Virus record (IMG/VR): IMGVR_UViG_3300021426_000004
Location: 84,118-148,117 of that record
Direction: 5' to 3' (one strand)
DNA: 64,000 nt
Source: a virus
Taxonomy: Duplodnaviria > Caudoviricetes
Shown here: positions 48,950 to 60,280 of the stretch, in pieces
Layout: the number at the start of each line of letters is the position of its first letter
Numbering within the stretch: the first letter of the stretch is position 1
Notes under the pieces: model-generated
What the model was told of the DNA's origin: nothing
The model's database searches: none
The model's input: the letters and a program-made list of their open reading frames with translations, nothing else
Made by a program: the position numbers and the translations under genes

Positions 48950-49542
48950 ATGAAGATTGATACTGATAAAAAATATTATGTGAATTTTGCAGTTAGCGGT
49001 CGTTTTTGTGCTGAAGTATCAGGAAAAGATCTCAAGACAATTGAAAACGCTGGATGGAATGCATTATACGAAGCTGACTTTGGAGATGCAGAAGACATAG
49101 ATTCTAAACTGATTAGCATCGAAGACGAAGAAGGCAATATTATCAAGGAATTGTAATAATGTGGTGGTAAGAATGAAAGAATTAAGTCCTTTTGAAATAT
49201 CAATGAGTGGTTTGGACTTGAAGGACTGGCTGTACCGTAATACGGACAGACATAAAATGAGTAAGTTTTTTAATCTTGACGACAATAAGTTTTATATGTT
49301 GAAGATGTGCGATGGTGCGCCTGTCGCATTTGAAGTCGATAAGAGGGGTGTTGAATATGAAATACCTTGCGACCATTGATTATGGGTATACCTCTCATAC
49401 TTTAATGTTTAATAGTCAGGCTGCCGCTCTACGATGGCTTGATGAACAGAACATTAATATGGAATACACAACTTACGTTGAAGAATATGATAACAATTGG
49501 AACAAAGTCGGAAGCTTTATCTATACGCAAAGAAAGGAATGA
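48950..49542 (+). other. Three small hypothetical CDSs
   Basis: ORFs 48950-49156, ~49173-49379, ~49357-49542. Confidence 0.55.
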
Positions 49543-50384
49543 TTCCATTGGGATTACTTGGAGATGATCATGTATATTCATATTCCCAACTAAGCTCTTT
49601 TGATGAATGTAAGTATGGTTTTTATTTGCAAAGAATTGAAGGACTTGAAGAACAGTCAAGCAATGCTTTTGCGGAACGTGGAACGCTCATACATGATTTG
49701 CTCGACAAATGGGCAAAAAAAACACTCACAAAAGATGAAATGGCTGAAGAATATAAAAGACGTTATCCAGAAGAAGTGATTACAGCGTGGCCCAGAATGC
49801 TTGCGAGCAAAGGGTATGCTGCTAAAGCTTATGAAAATGGATTGCAATTCATTGAAAACTTCGATGAATTCGAAGGGTATGAAGTTCTTTCAGCAGAAGA
49901 AAAATTTAAGTTAGATTTGCCTTTAACAAATGGTGATACTCGTCCATTCGTTGGAATTATAGACTTAATGTTGCGCGAAAAAAAATCCGGCGATTTGGTG
50001 ATTTGCGACCACAAATCCAAATCCATGAAATCTTTCAAATCCAGCGAAGATGAAATGTATCGGCAACAATTGCTTTATGCAACATATGTAAAACAACATT
50101 ATGGTGCGTATCCTGACGTATTACTCTTTCATCTTTTTAATGAGAATGGCGTGAAACCTCAAAGGCTGTTCTCTTTGGAAGAATATAACAATGCGCTTGA
50201 ATGGGCTACCAAACAAATTCTCAGTATAGAAAAATGCACTGTTATTGATTGGCTGGAATGTAAAGAAAAGCCAGACTACTACTGTGCTGAACTATGCTCT
50301 GCAAGAAAGAACTGTCCTAACGGAATTGTGAATATCTTCAAAAAGAAAAAGAGTGATGATGAGTATGAGGGATACAAAACCTGA
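49539..50384 (+). CDS. PD-(D/E)XK (Cas4/AddB-like) exonuclease
   Basis: SYSQLSSFDEC, GTLIH, GIIDL...DHKS, QQLLY and C-terminal Cys cluster. Confidence 0.88.
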   Translation: MIPLGLLGDDHVYSYSQLSSFDECKYGFYLQRIEGLEEQSSNAFAERGTLIHDLLDKWAKKTLTKDEMAEEYKRRYPEEVITAWPRMLASKGYAAKAYENGLQFIENFDEFEGYEVLSAEEKFKLDLPLTNGDTRPFVGIIDLMLREKKSGDLVICDHKSKSMKSFKSSEDEMYRQQLLYATYVKQHYGAYPDVLLFHLFNENGVKPQRLFSLEEYNNALEWATKQILSIEKCTVIDWLECKEKPDYYCAELCSARKNCPNGIVNIFKKKKSDDEYEGYKT

Positions 50385-50561
50385 TGAAATGCAGCTCGTT
50401 GCAAAATCCTTGGCAGATGATTTATATGATTTTGCTATAAAGCACAATATAACAAAAAATATACAATACGATCTTTACTACGAAGACGGTGCTTACAAAA
50501 TCAAAATAGAAAAAGACGAGGAAAACATTCTTCATGAGTATCTGGAAAGGAATGATGCTTA

Positions 50562-50843
50562 ATGCTTGAAGGAACAAAAAAATTTTTACCTGGAAATGAA
50601 TACGAATTGTTTCTTGAAGTTGCGCTTGAAGCAGCTGAGAACGATGCTCTCCCCATTGGATTTCAAGTAGTAGATACAACAAAGTTTACTCTTAAGGATA
50701 TTTATGATTTTATTTATGAATTCAACAGGGATAGCGGATTGGAAATGACAGCAAGACATTTTGTATGCAATGAATGCGGTCAGCTGCACACATTCATTGA
50801 GGTTGATTATTCTGACATAGAAGAAAATACATTACTACAATAA
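50562..50843 (+). CDS. Hypothetical protein with CxxC motif
   Basis: CNECGQLH. Confidence 0.65.
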   Translation: MLEGTKKFLPGNEYELFLEVALEAAENDALPIGFQVVDTTKFTLKDIYDFIYEFNRDSGLEMTARHFVCNECGQLHTFIEVDYSDIEENTLLQ

Positions 50844-50862
50844 AAAAACAGGAGATAAAAAA

Positions 50863-51954
50863 ATGAAATTCGGCAAAACATTACGAGAACTTGCAGAAGA
50901 ACTTGACAGACAGAACAGCGCAAAGAAAGATTATATTGCTCCTACTCAATATATGCATATGGATGCTGATCATAATATGACTCAGTTGACACTTGAAAAT
51001 GGTGTTACAGGTGAATCTATCATTCTTAAGGTAAATGAAATTACACATAATCAGATTGGGACTAATCTCGGAATTCCGGCAAAGTATTATGATAAAATGC
51101 GTGCCGAAAATCCTGAACTCCTTGCTATTAATGTTAATAGTTGGTTTAACGCTCAGCCAAAGACAAAAATGATCAGAACATTAGATGGTACAGCAAGGGC
51201 TTTCCTTTCTGAAAAGTATCGTAGAATTGATAACTATGAAATTGCTCAGTCTGTTCTTCCTGTGCTGAATGAAATCTGCGATATTGGAGCAAAAGAGAAT
51301 TCATTTGAAGTAACAGAACAAAGATTGTATATCAAAGTAGTTAATCCGAGGCTTACAACAGAAGTTGTACCGGGCGATATTGTTCAGTCCGGTATTTTAA
51401 TTACTAATTCAGAAGTTGGTCTTGGTTCTCTTACAATCCAGCCGTTGGTGTACAGGCTTGTTTGCTCTAATGGTATGGTTATTAATGATGCAAAGACTCG
51501 TAAATATCATGTCGGCAAAGGAAATGAAGTATTGGAAGACTTTACAATCTACAGCAATGAAACTTTACAAGCAGATGATCGAGCTCTGCAGCTGAAAATT
51601 AGGGATACTGTGAAGTCTGTAGTTGATCAGACTCGATTTGATAAAGTGGTTAATCTGATGCGCGATGCTAAGAATGCAAAGATTACTACCGCTAATATTC
51701 CTGGAATGGTAGAGCTTGCAGGCTCAGACTTTGGCTACTCCAAACAGGAGGGTCAAGGTATTCTTGATTATCTGATCAGAGGCGGAGATCTTAGTCTTTA
51801 TGGTCTGGCTAATGCTACTACCAGATACGCTCAGGACGTGGATAGTTATGACAGGAGTACTGCTCTGGAATCGGTTGGCTATTCCATTATGGGAATGGGT
51901 AATGCAAGATGGAACAGGCTCCAGAATGAATCGATTGGAGACGCTGTAGCATGA
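50863..51954 (+). CDS. DUF932-like protein
   Basis: RAFLSEKYRRIDN, ITNSEVGLGS and YRLVCSNGM motifs. Confidence 0.8.
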   Translation: MKFGKTLRELAEELDRQNSAKKDYIAPTQYMHMDADHNMTQLTLENGVTGESIILKVNEITHNQIGTNLGIPAKYYDKMRAENPELLAINVNSWFNAQPKTKMIRTLDGTARAFLSEKYRRIDNYEIAQSVLPVLNEICDIGAKENSFEVTEQRLYIKVVNPRLTTEVVPGDIVQSGILITNSEVGLGSLTIQPLVYRLVCSNGMVINDAKTRKYHVGKGNEVLEDFTIYSNETLQADDRALQLKIRDTVKSVVDQTRFDKVVNLMRDAKNAKITTANIPGMVELAGSDFGYSKQEGQGILDYLIRGGDLSLYGLANATTRYAQDVDSYDRSTALESVGYSIMGMGNARWNRLQNESIGDAVA

Positions 51955-52949
51955 GTAAAACTGTAACATTTGGAATGTATTGGGAAGAATACGGTCTACA
52001 AACTATTCCTCTTCCGGATGATGTTGATGATAAAAACATCGATGAAGTAATTGAATATATCAATGATCAATTTGATGAAATTCCGCTTCCTGCTGGTGAT
52101 TACGTAATGGCATCATGTGAACTTGATCAGAAAAACGTTGAAGTTAATGAGGAATAATAATGGATAAAAATAGAATCATGGACGATGCTGTCGGCGCTGT
52201 AACAAAAGAGTGGAAGCATATGGCACGGCTTGCTGTACAGATCCGGGAAGGCAGAAACAACAATCCTGTATGGGTAGAAAGCCAACAGGCAAAATTCACA
52301 GGCATATTCAAAAGATTACTTACTGATCCTATTGAAGACGTAAAGAAAGAAATGTGAAATATTCAACAGCTTTATAAGCAGCTTCGAGGTTATAAGGAAA
52401 CTGAATTAGCAGAAGCAGGAGGAATCCTTTATGCGAAAATCCATAAAAATCAAAAAGAAAAAGGAGAGTTCCATTATGGAGAACACTAATATTTCAGCCC
52501 CCTGGATCACGCATTATCATATGATTGCAGCTTTGTTTAAAAAAGATCCGGAGATTACTGTAGAATACGATAAGGAAAATACAACAGTTAAGCTTTTTGT
52601 TCGAAATCAAGACAAGGCTGAAGCTTTGACTAAACTTATGCCTGCTGAAATTTCGTTTGGAAATGTTATACTTCACATCTCTGTAATTCCTGCTAATGAT
52701 GGATGGAAACCAGATGATTATATTCGTAAGGCTTTTGCTGGTAATCCTATCTTCGACGATGTTTATGAAGTTGGTATTACCAAGGAAGCGCCTATTTATT
52801 ATGCTTTGTTTAAGAAAGAAGTAATTAAATTCTTTGATGATAATCTTAGCGATCCTCATGGGTATGTGTTTGCTCTTGCACAGGATATTGCAAAGAATGT
52901 TTTGACTAATACACCCAATGGTGTATTTTACTCGACATCTGAAGTGTAA
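51951..52949 (+). other. Hypothetical CDSs (51951-52157, 52160-52357, 52476-52949)
   Basis: RBS-preceded ORFs. Confidence 0.65.
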
Positions 52950-53007
52950 GATCCTATCCGGCAGTTTGAAAGGATTGCTGGTTTTCTTAGAAAGGATGTG
53001 AATTCCT

Positions 53008-53937
53008 ATGCAATGGATTCCTGTATCTGAAAGAGTGCCAGAAAAAAATTTAAGATATGTATTATGTTCTATTGATTACAATTATTCTTATAAATATACA
53101 ACCAAAATAGCGGAATATGTTGTTGGAGAAGGGTTTGGCAAAACAATAATGTATCCTGAAGATGATACAGCATCTTATTATACATATAGAACAATTGCAT
53201 GGATGGAAATTCCATCGATTGAAAATGAAATGTGGAACAATCCCAAGAATACACTACCAACAACAGATATAACAGAACATTGTAGACTGCTAATTGCTCA
53301 AAATTTTGGATCGGAAATTATATATAAAACTATATTTTATAAAGATGATTATGATTATTTCTTAAATAACGACGTTATTGCATGGATGATAATGCCTGAT
53401 CCGTATTTAATTCCACGACCTGACCCAGATAAGTTAAGTGAATATATTTATATTGATAGCATATTAGAAGGCGACATAACAGAGTTTGATTATATTGTAT
53501 ATAATCCAAAAGATCGATATCGATTTATGCAACAAATAGAGTTGTTATCTAAAATTTTATCATATGATAAATGTATTGACGTTTACGATCTGGATCACGG
53601 AAAGTTTAAAGTTGTTATACGAGATTCGGAAGCAGAACCATATGAATACTATCTTGCAGATAAAGATTTTACAGTAGAATGCAGAAAACTTAAATATGGA
53701 CATTTATATCCAGAACTAGAACATTATCTTTCTTATTTGGAAAAAGTAATTGTTTATAACTGCGTATACGAATACGATGAAGCAATATATTTATTTCCTG
53801 ATGAGTTTTTATGCGACGAAACATGTAAATGGATAAACGCAACAGATAAAGAAAAATTAAAGGCAAGATGGAAAGAAGCTTCTAAATATAAAGTAAAAAA
53901 ACTAGCACGATTTAATGATGAGCCGTTTCCGTTTTAA
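53008..53937 (+). CDS. DUF551-like domain protein
   Basis: MQWIPVSERVPE start and two IAWM.(I/M)P repeats; ends DEPFPF. Confidence 0.65.
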   Translation: MQWIPVSERVPEKNLRYVLCSIDYNYSYKYTTKIAEYVVGEGFGKTIMYPEDDTASYYTYRTIAWMEIPSIENEMWNNPKNTLPTTDITEHCRLLIAQNFGSEIIYKTIFYKDDYDYFLNNDVIAWMIMPDPYLIPRPDPDKLSEYIYIDSILEGDITEFDYIVYNPKDRYRFMQQIELLSKILSYDKCIDVYDLDHGKFKVVIRDSEAEPYEYYLADKDFTVECRKLKYGHLYPELEHYLSYLEKVIVYNCVYEYDEAIYLFPDEFLCDETCKWINATDKEKLKARWKEASKYKVKKLARFNDEPFPF

Positions 53938-53950
53938 GGAGTGATGTTAT

Positions 53951-56900
53951 TTGTATGAATATGAACCATATCACATCCATACGTCTTATAGTAATTGCTT
54001 GACGCAACCTGACAGTACAATGGCTATAGAAGACTATGCCAAAGTCTATAAAGAAAGAGGACATCATGTACTCTGTATATCAGAACACGGAAACAGATCA
54101 AACGTATGGCAACAGTTTGAACTGGCAAATAAGTATTCTGATGAAAACTTTAAGATGGTTCCGCTCGCGGCTGCTGAAGCTTACTTTGTTCCTGACAGAA
54201 CTGTAAAGGAACACAGAGGGTATCATCTCATTCTTGTGGCGAAGAACATGGATGGGTACTACCAGCTGAATGAAATATTATCAGAAGCAAATCTTACTGG
54301 TTTTTACTATCATGCAAGAGTTGATTTTGATTTATTAAGACAGCTGGATTATAAAAACTTCTTATGTACCTCTGCATGTGTTGCTGGGCCTGCAGAAGAA
54401 GAAATGCTCCTGGAATTAAGTAACATCTTTAGAGAAAACTTTTATCTTGAAGTTCAGGGTCATCCTCAACAAGTACAAATTGACAGAAACAAATGGATGA
54501 TAGAGCTTCATAAGAAATATAAGTGGCCGCTGATATATGGAACAGACAGTCATTATATATATAAGGAAGAAAAAGAATTACGGCGTGAATTGTTGCTTGC
54601 ATCGAAAATCACATACGGTAATGAAGACGAATTTCTTTTGCATCTACCAACCTCTGAAGAAGCATACCAAATGCTAAAAGATCAAGGTGTGTTAAACAGA
54701 GCTCAAATTGAAGAGGCTATGGAGAATACACTAATCCTTAGAGAATTTGAAGGATTGTATTTTACGAATGAAAAGAAAATACCAAATCCATATCCAGATA
54801 TGGATCTAGACAAAAGAAATTTCCTATATAAGAAAACCGTTTGTAATGAATACATTCGTAAAGCAGGAATGCCTACAAAAGAAGAAGCTGCTGAAATCCA
54901 CGCTGAAATGGATACAATGACAAGCACAGGTACAGCAGATTATCCTTTAATAATGAAAAAGATAATTGACAGAGGGATAGAACTTGGCGGAGTTTTAACG
55001 AAAACCGGAAGAGGTTCAGGTGCTTCATTTGTTTCAAACTTCGCTATGGGATTCTCTTCTATTAATAGACTGCATTGTCCTGTAAAAATGTATCCGGAAA
55101 GATTTATCTCAGCAGACAGACTGGCAAATGGATTGCCGGACCTGGATTGTAACATGGCAAACGTTGAAGCTTTCGAAACAGCTGGCAAGGAAATCCTTGG
55201 CGAATATGGATGCCTTCCTATGATTGCTTATGGTACAGCGAAAACCTTATCTGCTTTTAAGCTTTTGGCAAGAGCAAGAGATCTTGATTTCGAAACTGCA
55301 AATGCTGTTGCAAAACAGATTCAGAATTACGAATTGGATGTAAAACATGCAAGAGAGAATAACGCAGATGATCCAGATTATGATGTAGATGATGATGTCC
55401 AGATTGAGTCTTACATCGAAGAACGATATCTTAATTTGATTGAAGAATCAAAAAAGTATAAAGGTATTATTACTTCGCTGAGTCCACATCCATGTGCTCA
55501 TCTGCTGTCGGACAAAGATCTCCGCAGAGAAATAGGTGTTATAAGAGTTAAATCCAAGAGTGGTTCAAAAGACGCTGTTTATGCAGCTTATATCGACGGA
55601 AAAACAGCTGACTCATACAATTATTTGAAGGCAGACTTCCTGCGTGTTGATGTTGTAAAGATTATAGCAGAAACATTTAAGCTTGCAGGTGTCCCAATTA
55701 TGTCTGTTAATGAACTTCTTGAAGCTGTTAAAGACGATAAAGAAATATGGGATTTATATGCAAGAAAAATTGTTATGGGTTTAAATCAAGTTGAAAGAGA
55801 TAAATCAGCTGAAAGATGCAGTATTTATAGACCTAAAAGCGCTGCACAGTTGTCTGCTTTCATTGCTGCCATCCGCCCAGGTTTCAAGTCGATGCTGAAC
55901 ACATTTATTAATCGGCAAAGATTTGAGTATGGAATTCCTTCTTTGGATAAGCTTCTGAAAACAGATGAGATTCCAGATAGTTTTCTTATGTTTGATGAGC
56001 AGATACTTCAGATACTAAAGGCAGCTGGAATTCCAGGACCAGAAGCATACGCAACCACAAAGGCCATAAAGAAGAAAAAGACTGAAAAGGTTTTAGCAGA
56101 AAAAGAAAAGTTTAAAGTTGGATTTACAAAAGTTCTGCAAGAAACAGAAGGAGCTTCTGAAAAGAAAGCTCATGAAGTCGTAGAACAAATATGGACAATC
56201 ATAGAGAATGCAGCAAATTACATGTTTTGTGCTGCTCATGCATTCTCAATGGCCTGCGATTCTCTCTATGTCGCATGGCTGAAAGTTCATTATCCATACG
56301 AACTATATGTTACAATGCTAAAACTGTATGATGAAAAGAAAAATACTGACAAAATCTCTGCCATTATTTCTGAAATGAAAAGATATAAGAACATTTCACT
56401 TACAGCCGGGAGGTTTGGTCAGGACAACAGAGACTGGGTTGTAGATAAGGAGAATCAATCCATCTCACAGTCACTATCATCTATCAGATATATGTCTAAA
56501 CAGGCAGCCAGAGATTTGTACAGAATAGGAACGGAATCAAGATTTGAAACGTTCACAGATGTATTACGAGAATTACAAATGAATAGCTGTTTAGATACGA
56601 GACAGATTAAAATACTGATAGAATTGGACTATTTTAAGGATTTCGGCAGGGCTGGTAAGCTTATGAAGGTATATGAGAATTTCTTTGAAGGAAAACAAAA
56701 GCTTACTAAAACAATTAAATCATATGAAATACGATTAGAAGCCAGCCGAGAATATGAGAAGTCTTTGTCAGATGAAAATCTGCCAATAGGACAAAGACTT
56801 TCATCTGAACTGAACAATGTTGGGCTTTGCTTAAGTGCTGACGCAAATCAACCAGCAGATTTATATTTCATCAGAGAAATTGATGAGAAATATGGAGTTA

Positions 56901-57121
56901 AAGCAAAGTTTTATTCAGTTCAGCGTGGAACAACAGGTGTTGTTCGAATTAAGAAGGAAGATTACGCAAAACATAAATTCGTACAAGGAGATTGCGTAAA
57001 ACTTCTGAAGTACAATAAAAGCCCCAGGTGTATTTATAAAGGCGGTGCTAAAACTATAGTACCAAATGAATATGATATCTGGGCAAAAGAATATGTAGTG
57101 TTCTCACAACAGACAAAATAG
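53951..57121 (+). CDS. dnaE: DNA polymerase III alpha subunit (family C)
   Basis: PHP HIHTSYS/SEHG/TDSHY, GRGSGAS, PDLDCN, HPCA, KADFL, YMFCAAHA. Confidence 0.93.
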   Translation: MYEYEPYHIHTSYSNCLTQPDSTMAIEDYAKVYKERGHHVLCISEHGNRSNVWQQFELANKYSDENFKMVPLAAAEAYFVPDRTVKEHRGYHLILVAKNMDGYYQLNEILSEANLTGFYYHARVDFDLLRQLDYKNFLCTSACVAGPAEEEMLLELSNIFRENFYLEVQGHPQQVQIDRNKWMIELHKKYKWPLIYGTDSHYIYKEEKELRRELLLASKITYGNEDEFLLHLPTSEEAYQMLKDQGVLNRAQIEEAMENTLILREFEGLYFTNEKKIPNPYPDMDLDKRNFLYKKTVCNEYIRKAGMPTKEEAAEIHAEMDTMTSTGTADYPLIMKKIIDRGIELGGVLTKTGRGSGASFVSNFAMGFSSINRLHCPVKMYPERFISADRLANGLPDLDCNMANVEAFETAGKEILGEYGCLPMIAYGTAKTLSAFKLLARARDLDFETANAVAKQIQNYELDVKHARENNADDPDYDVDDDVQIESYIEERYLNLIEESKKYKGIITSLSPHPCAHLLSDKDLRREIGVIRVKSKSGSKDAVYAAYIDGKTADSYNYLKADFLRVDVVKIIAETFKLAGVPIMSVNELLEAVKDDKEIWDLYARKIVMGLNQVERDKSAERCSIYRPKSAAQLSAFIAAIRPGFKSMLNTFINRQRFEYGIPSLDKLLKTDEIPDSFLMFDEQILQILKAAGIPGPEAYATTKAIKKKKTEKVLAEKEKFKVGFTKVLQETEGASEKKAHEVVEQIWTIIENAANYMFCAAHAFSMACDSLYVAWLKVHYPYELYVTMLKLYDEKKNTDKISAIISEMKRYKNISLTAGRFGQDNRDWVVDKENQSISQSLSSIRYMSKQAARDLYRIGTESRFETFTDVLRELQMNSCLDTRQIKILIELDYFKDFGRAGKLMKVYENFFEGKQKLTKTIKSYEIRLEASREYEKSLSDENLPIGQRLSSELNNVGLCLSADANQPADLYFIREIDEKYGVKAKFYSVQRGTTGVVRIKKEDYAKHKFVQGDCVKLLKYNKSPRCIYKGGAKTIVPNEYDIWAKEYVVFSQQTK

Positions 57122-57134
57122 GAGGACTAAGGAA

Positions 57135-57461
57135 ATGAAATACTATGGAATTAAAAGTATATTCGGCGGTCAGGATTACTATGACGAAAATGGGAATTTC
57201 GCTGGTTATTCAGTAGATAGCGTCATAGGAAATGGACAGAACTTTTACGGAGAAGATGGACATGTCGCAAGTACAATAGACAGTGTACTTGGATACGGAC
57301 AAGATATCTACACAGACAAAGGACATAGCGGATATACAATTGACAGCGTCCTTGGAAATGGACAAAACATTTACAGTGATACTAACGGATTTGCCGGTTA
57401 CTCAATTGATAGTCTTATTGACGGCGGCAGCTTTGGAGAAATTGATACGGACGCATTTTAA
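57135..57461 (+). CDS. Gly/Asp-rich repeat protein
   Basis: Four ~22-aa repeats of the GYSIDSVLGNGQNIY type. Confidence 0.75.
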   Translation: MKYYGIKSIFGGQDYYDENGNFAGYSVDSVIGNGQNFYGEDGHVASTIDSVLGYGQDIYTDKGHSGYTIDSVLGNGQNIYSDTNGFAGYSIDSLIDGGSFGEIDTDAF

Positions 57462-57531
57462 ATGAGAGCACTACTTGAGACGGGCGGTAAAAGAGCCGCC
57501 CGTCTCCTTAATTATGAAAGGAGTTGCTCTC

Positions 57532-57960
57532 ATGGGTTATACAGTTCCATTAAGGTTTATCAGGATTTCAACAAAACGTAGTGACAATAGACAATTCGAT
57601 GTTTCAATTTGTGCAACAAGAATTGTTGCTATTATGAGTACAGAAATGTTTCAAGCCAGAAAAGTGATTGCAGATGAAAGAAAAAACGGAACACTGATAA
57701 ATGCATGCGGATTATCAAAAGCAAAGTCTGCTATTTTTTTAGATAATGGTACAGTTGTTTCTTCTCCTATGTCAGTTAACAGACTGATAAAAATGATAAA
57801 CAAAACAGACGAAAAAGCAAAAACAAACATTACAAGACGAATGAAAGTATACGATGTATATGATGATGAACCAGAAGAAGATAACGAAGAAATTTCTGAT
57901 GTCTCTTCATATGACGACCAAGCCGAAGCATATGAAGATGATGATTATGATGATATATAA
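57532..57960 (+). CDS. RemA/DUF370-like regulator with acidic tail
   Basis: RIVAIMS...ARKVI...GTLINACG..KAKSAIFLDNGTVVSSP pattern. Confidence 0.75.
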   Translation: MGYTVPLRFIRISTKRSDNRQFDVSICATRIVAIMSTEMFQARKVIADERKNGTLINACGLSKAKSAIFLDNGTVVSSPMSVNRLIKMINKTDEKAKTNITRRMKVYDVYDDEPEEDNEEISDVSSYDDQAEAYEDDDYDDI

Positions 57961-57963
57961 TTA

Positions 57964-58005
57964 GGTACCTAAATTTGAAGACATTCGAAAAAGACCGTAA
58001 AGGAG
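57964..58005 (+). promoter_or_regulatory. 42-nt phage promoter-like motif
   Basis: GGTACCTAAATTTGAAGACATTCGAAAAAGACCGTAAAGGAG. Confidence 0.7.
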
Positions 58006-58160
58006 AAATGGTGCTGAACAGTAAGTTCAGTTAAATGGCTTCATGGTGTTTTACACTACAGCAGCAGCCTGAATTTCAATTAAGGAGTGGATGTATATTG
58101 ATTGTATCCAGCATCGACGGTAACAGTAAGAAGAGTAATACAATTGGAGGAAAGAACGCT

Positions 58161-59235
58161 ATGAGTAAGATTCAGGATTTATTAAATGAAGTTGAAACTT
58201 ATAAACAAGCTATTCAAGATGCCAAAGATGCATTAGCTTCTGCCGAGATGGAACTGGATGAAGCTCTTGATGAAGAGTTTAATCAGTAACTGACTCCACA
58301 GGGCAGAGTATAAAAACTCTGCCCTGTTTTTTATTTTGATTATAAAGAAAGAAGGAATAATAATGAATAAAGAAAGATTTGTGATTCCACTTTCCAATGG
58401 ATATAAACTGGTATCAGAAAGAAATACAGGAGAATTTGATAAAGAATTATATGTTGGGATTGAAACACCGGATGGATTATATATTCAAGATTTAGTTATT
58501 GTTCGGCCAACATACAAATTCGAAGATAACAATGTGGTATTCGATTCAGATAAGTTTGAAATCCTGTTATTTAATGATTCTGAGAAAGAAGACTTTACAG
58601 ACAAATTTGTTATACCACTGCATAAAGATGAGGATGATTGTTAAATGAGTATGGATTATTGGGGAATTATTGGTTATGGGGTTGAGATTCAGGATATATA
58701 CAGACATATAAATAAAGAGAAGGTCAATAAATTAGTAAGAGAACTCAATCCAAACCTTGAGTTTGAAGATGATGTGTTTGATGATGATACTTTTATAGGA
58801 AACCCATACAACAGTTTTGCAGAGTTCTTATGTGAACTCGATAAGAATTCGTTGTTCTCCTATGACACTGATGGTCATGATAGGGACTATTTCATATATG
58901 CACCAATATACCCTTGGACAGCCAAGAAAAATGAGCCGTCAACAGAGAAAGAATGCAAGAATAAAATGATAAACATATTGCAACAAGTAATCGACCTGAG
59001 CGATGAAGAAATCAGTAAGTATATTCATTACATTAATGATTATGGATGTTCATAATAGGAGAGACTTATGACAAAACAACAAGTGATTAAAATCTTTCAG
59101 AATTATGTTGAAAACGATTATGAAGCATCGGATAAAGATTATATTACAGATGCTTTATTTGCAGTGGCAGACGAATATGAGATTCGTGAACTTGGATTCG
59201 GCTGGGTCCTTGACGATGAGGAGACTGATGATTAA
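58161..59235 (+). other. Small hypothetical CDSs (58161-58289, 58363-58644, 58645-59055, 59068-59235)
   Basis: RBS-preceded ORFs. Confidence 0.65.
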
Positions 59236-60276
59236 ATGAGAAAACTTGCAAGTATACAGCGAATATGGGATGTTATACCTATTGATGGTGCTGATTCTAT
59301 AGAACTTGTAAAAGTTATGGGTTGGCAGTGCGTTGCAAAGAAAGGTGAATTCAAAAAAGATGATTTAGGCGTTTATTTCGAAATCGATTCCTTTCTGCCT
59401 GTTCGACCGGAGTTTGAATTCCTGAGAGGCAACAGCTATAGAAACTCAGATCTTATGGGTGAAGGTTTTAAACTTCGCACTATGAAGTTTAAAGGTCAGA
59501 TTTCACAAGGGTTGATCCTGCCGCTGAGTATGTTCAAAGAACTGTCTCCCGATCTTGAAATAGGTACAGATGTAACAGAATTACTTGGAGTAAGAAAATG
59601 GGAGATAGAAGAAAGAGCAACGACTGGTGGAAATATTATCGGTGGACTCCCTTATGATGTTCCGCACACGGATGAAACCCGTGTACAGGAGAATCCGGAT
59701 TTGATCCAGGCGTTCGCGGGGCTGGAATACTATATCAGTACTAAGATGGACGGATCTTCCCATTCTATCAGCATCGATGAAGATGGCTTTCATGTTACAG
59801 GACATAATTACGAATACAAAGATGATGGTGCCAGTTCATTCTATGAGTATATCAAACAGAAGAATTATGAATATAACATGAGACATGCTATGGGAAGATT
59901 CAATATTAAAACACTTACTATTCAAGGTGAATTCTGCGCACCTGGAATACAAAAGAATCCTTTACGGTTAACAAAACCTGAATGGTATGTATTTACCATC
60001 AGAGAAAATGGCAAACGAGTCGGACTGGAAAGAATGTGCAACCTGTGTTCTTTCATGGGTATGCAGACGGTCCCGATTGAAGAAGTTGACTTTGATCTAC
60101 CTTCAAAATATCCGACTGTTGAAAGTCTACTCGAAAGAGCAGATGGCAACTATTCAACGGGCGGAAGAAAAGAGGGTATTGTGGTTCGGCCAACAGAACC
60201 TATTTACAACAGCACGATAGGCGGACCGCTCTCTATGAAGGTAGTCAGCAACAAATACCTTCTTAAACAAGAATAA
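59236..60276 (+). CDS. RNA ligase (DRB0094/Rnl2-like family)
   Basis: MRKLASIQRI start, KMDGSS, IQGEFC, KEGIVVR and MKVVSNKYL motifs. Confidence 0.9.
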   Translation: MRKLASIQRIWDVIPIDGADSIELVKVMGWQCVAKKGEFKKDDLGVYFEIDSFLPVRPEFEFLRGNSYRNSDLMGEGFKLRTMKFKGQISQGLILPLSMFKELSPDLEIGTDVTELLGVRKWEIEERATTGGNIIGGLPYDVPHTDETRVQENPDLIQAFAGLEYYISTKMDGSSHSISIDEDGFHVTGHNYEYKDDGASSFYEYIKQKNYEYNMRHAMGRFNIKTLTIQGEFCAPGIQKNPLRLTKPEWYVFTIRENGKRVGLERMCNLCSFMGMQTVPIEEVDFDLPSKYPTVESLLERADGNYSTGGRKEGIVVRPTEPIYNSTIGGPLSMKVVSNKYLLKQE

Positions 60277-60280
60277 TGGA

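Noticed and set aside
49539-50384. Cas4 as an adaptation module of the RAMP locus
   Set aside because: Lies 16 kb away inside the replication module, where such nucleases are common; no cas1
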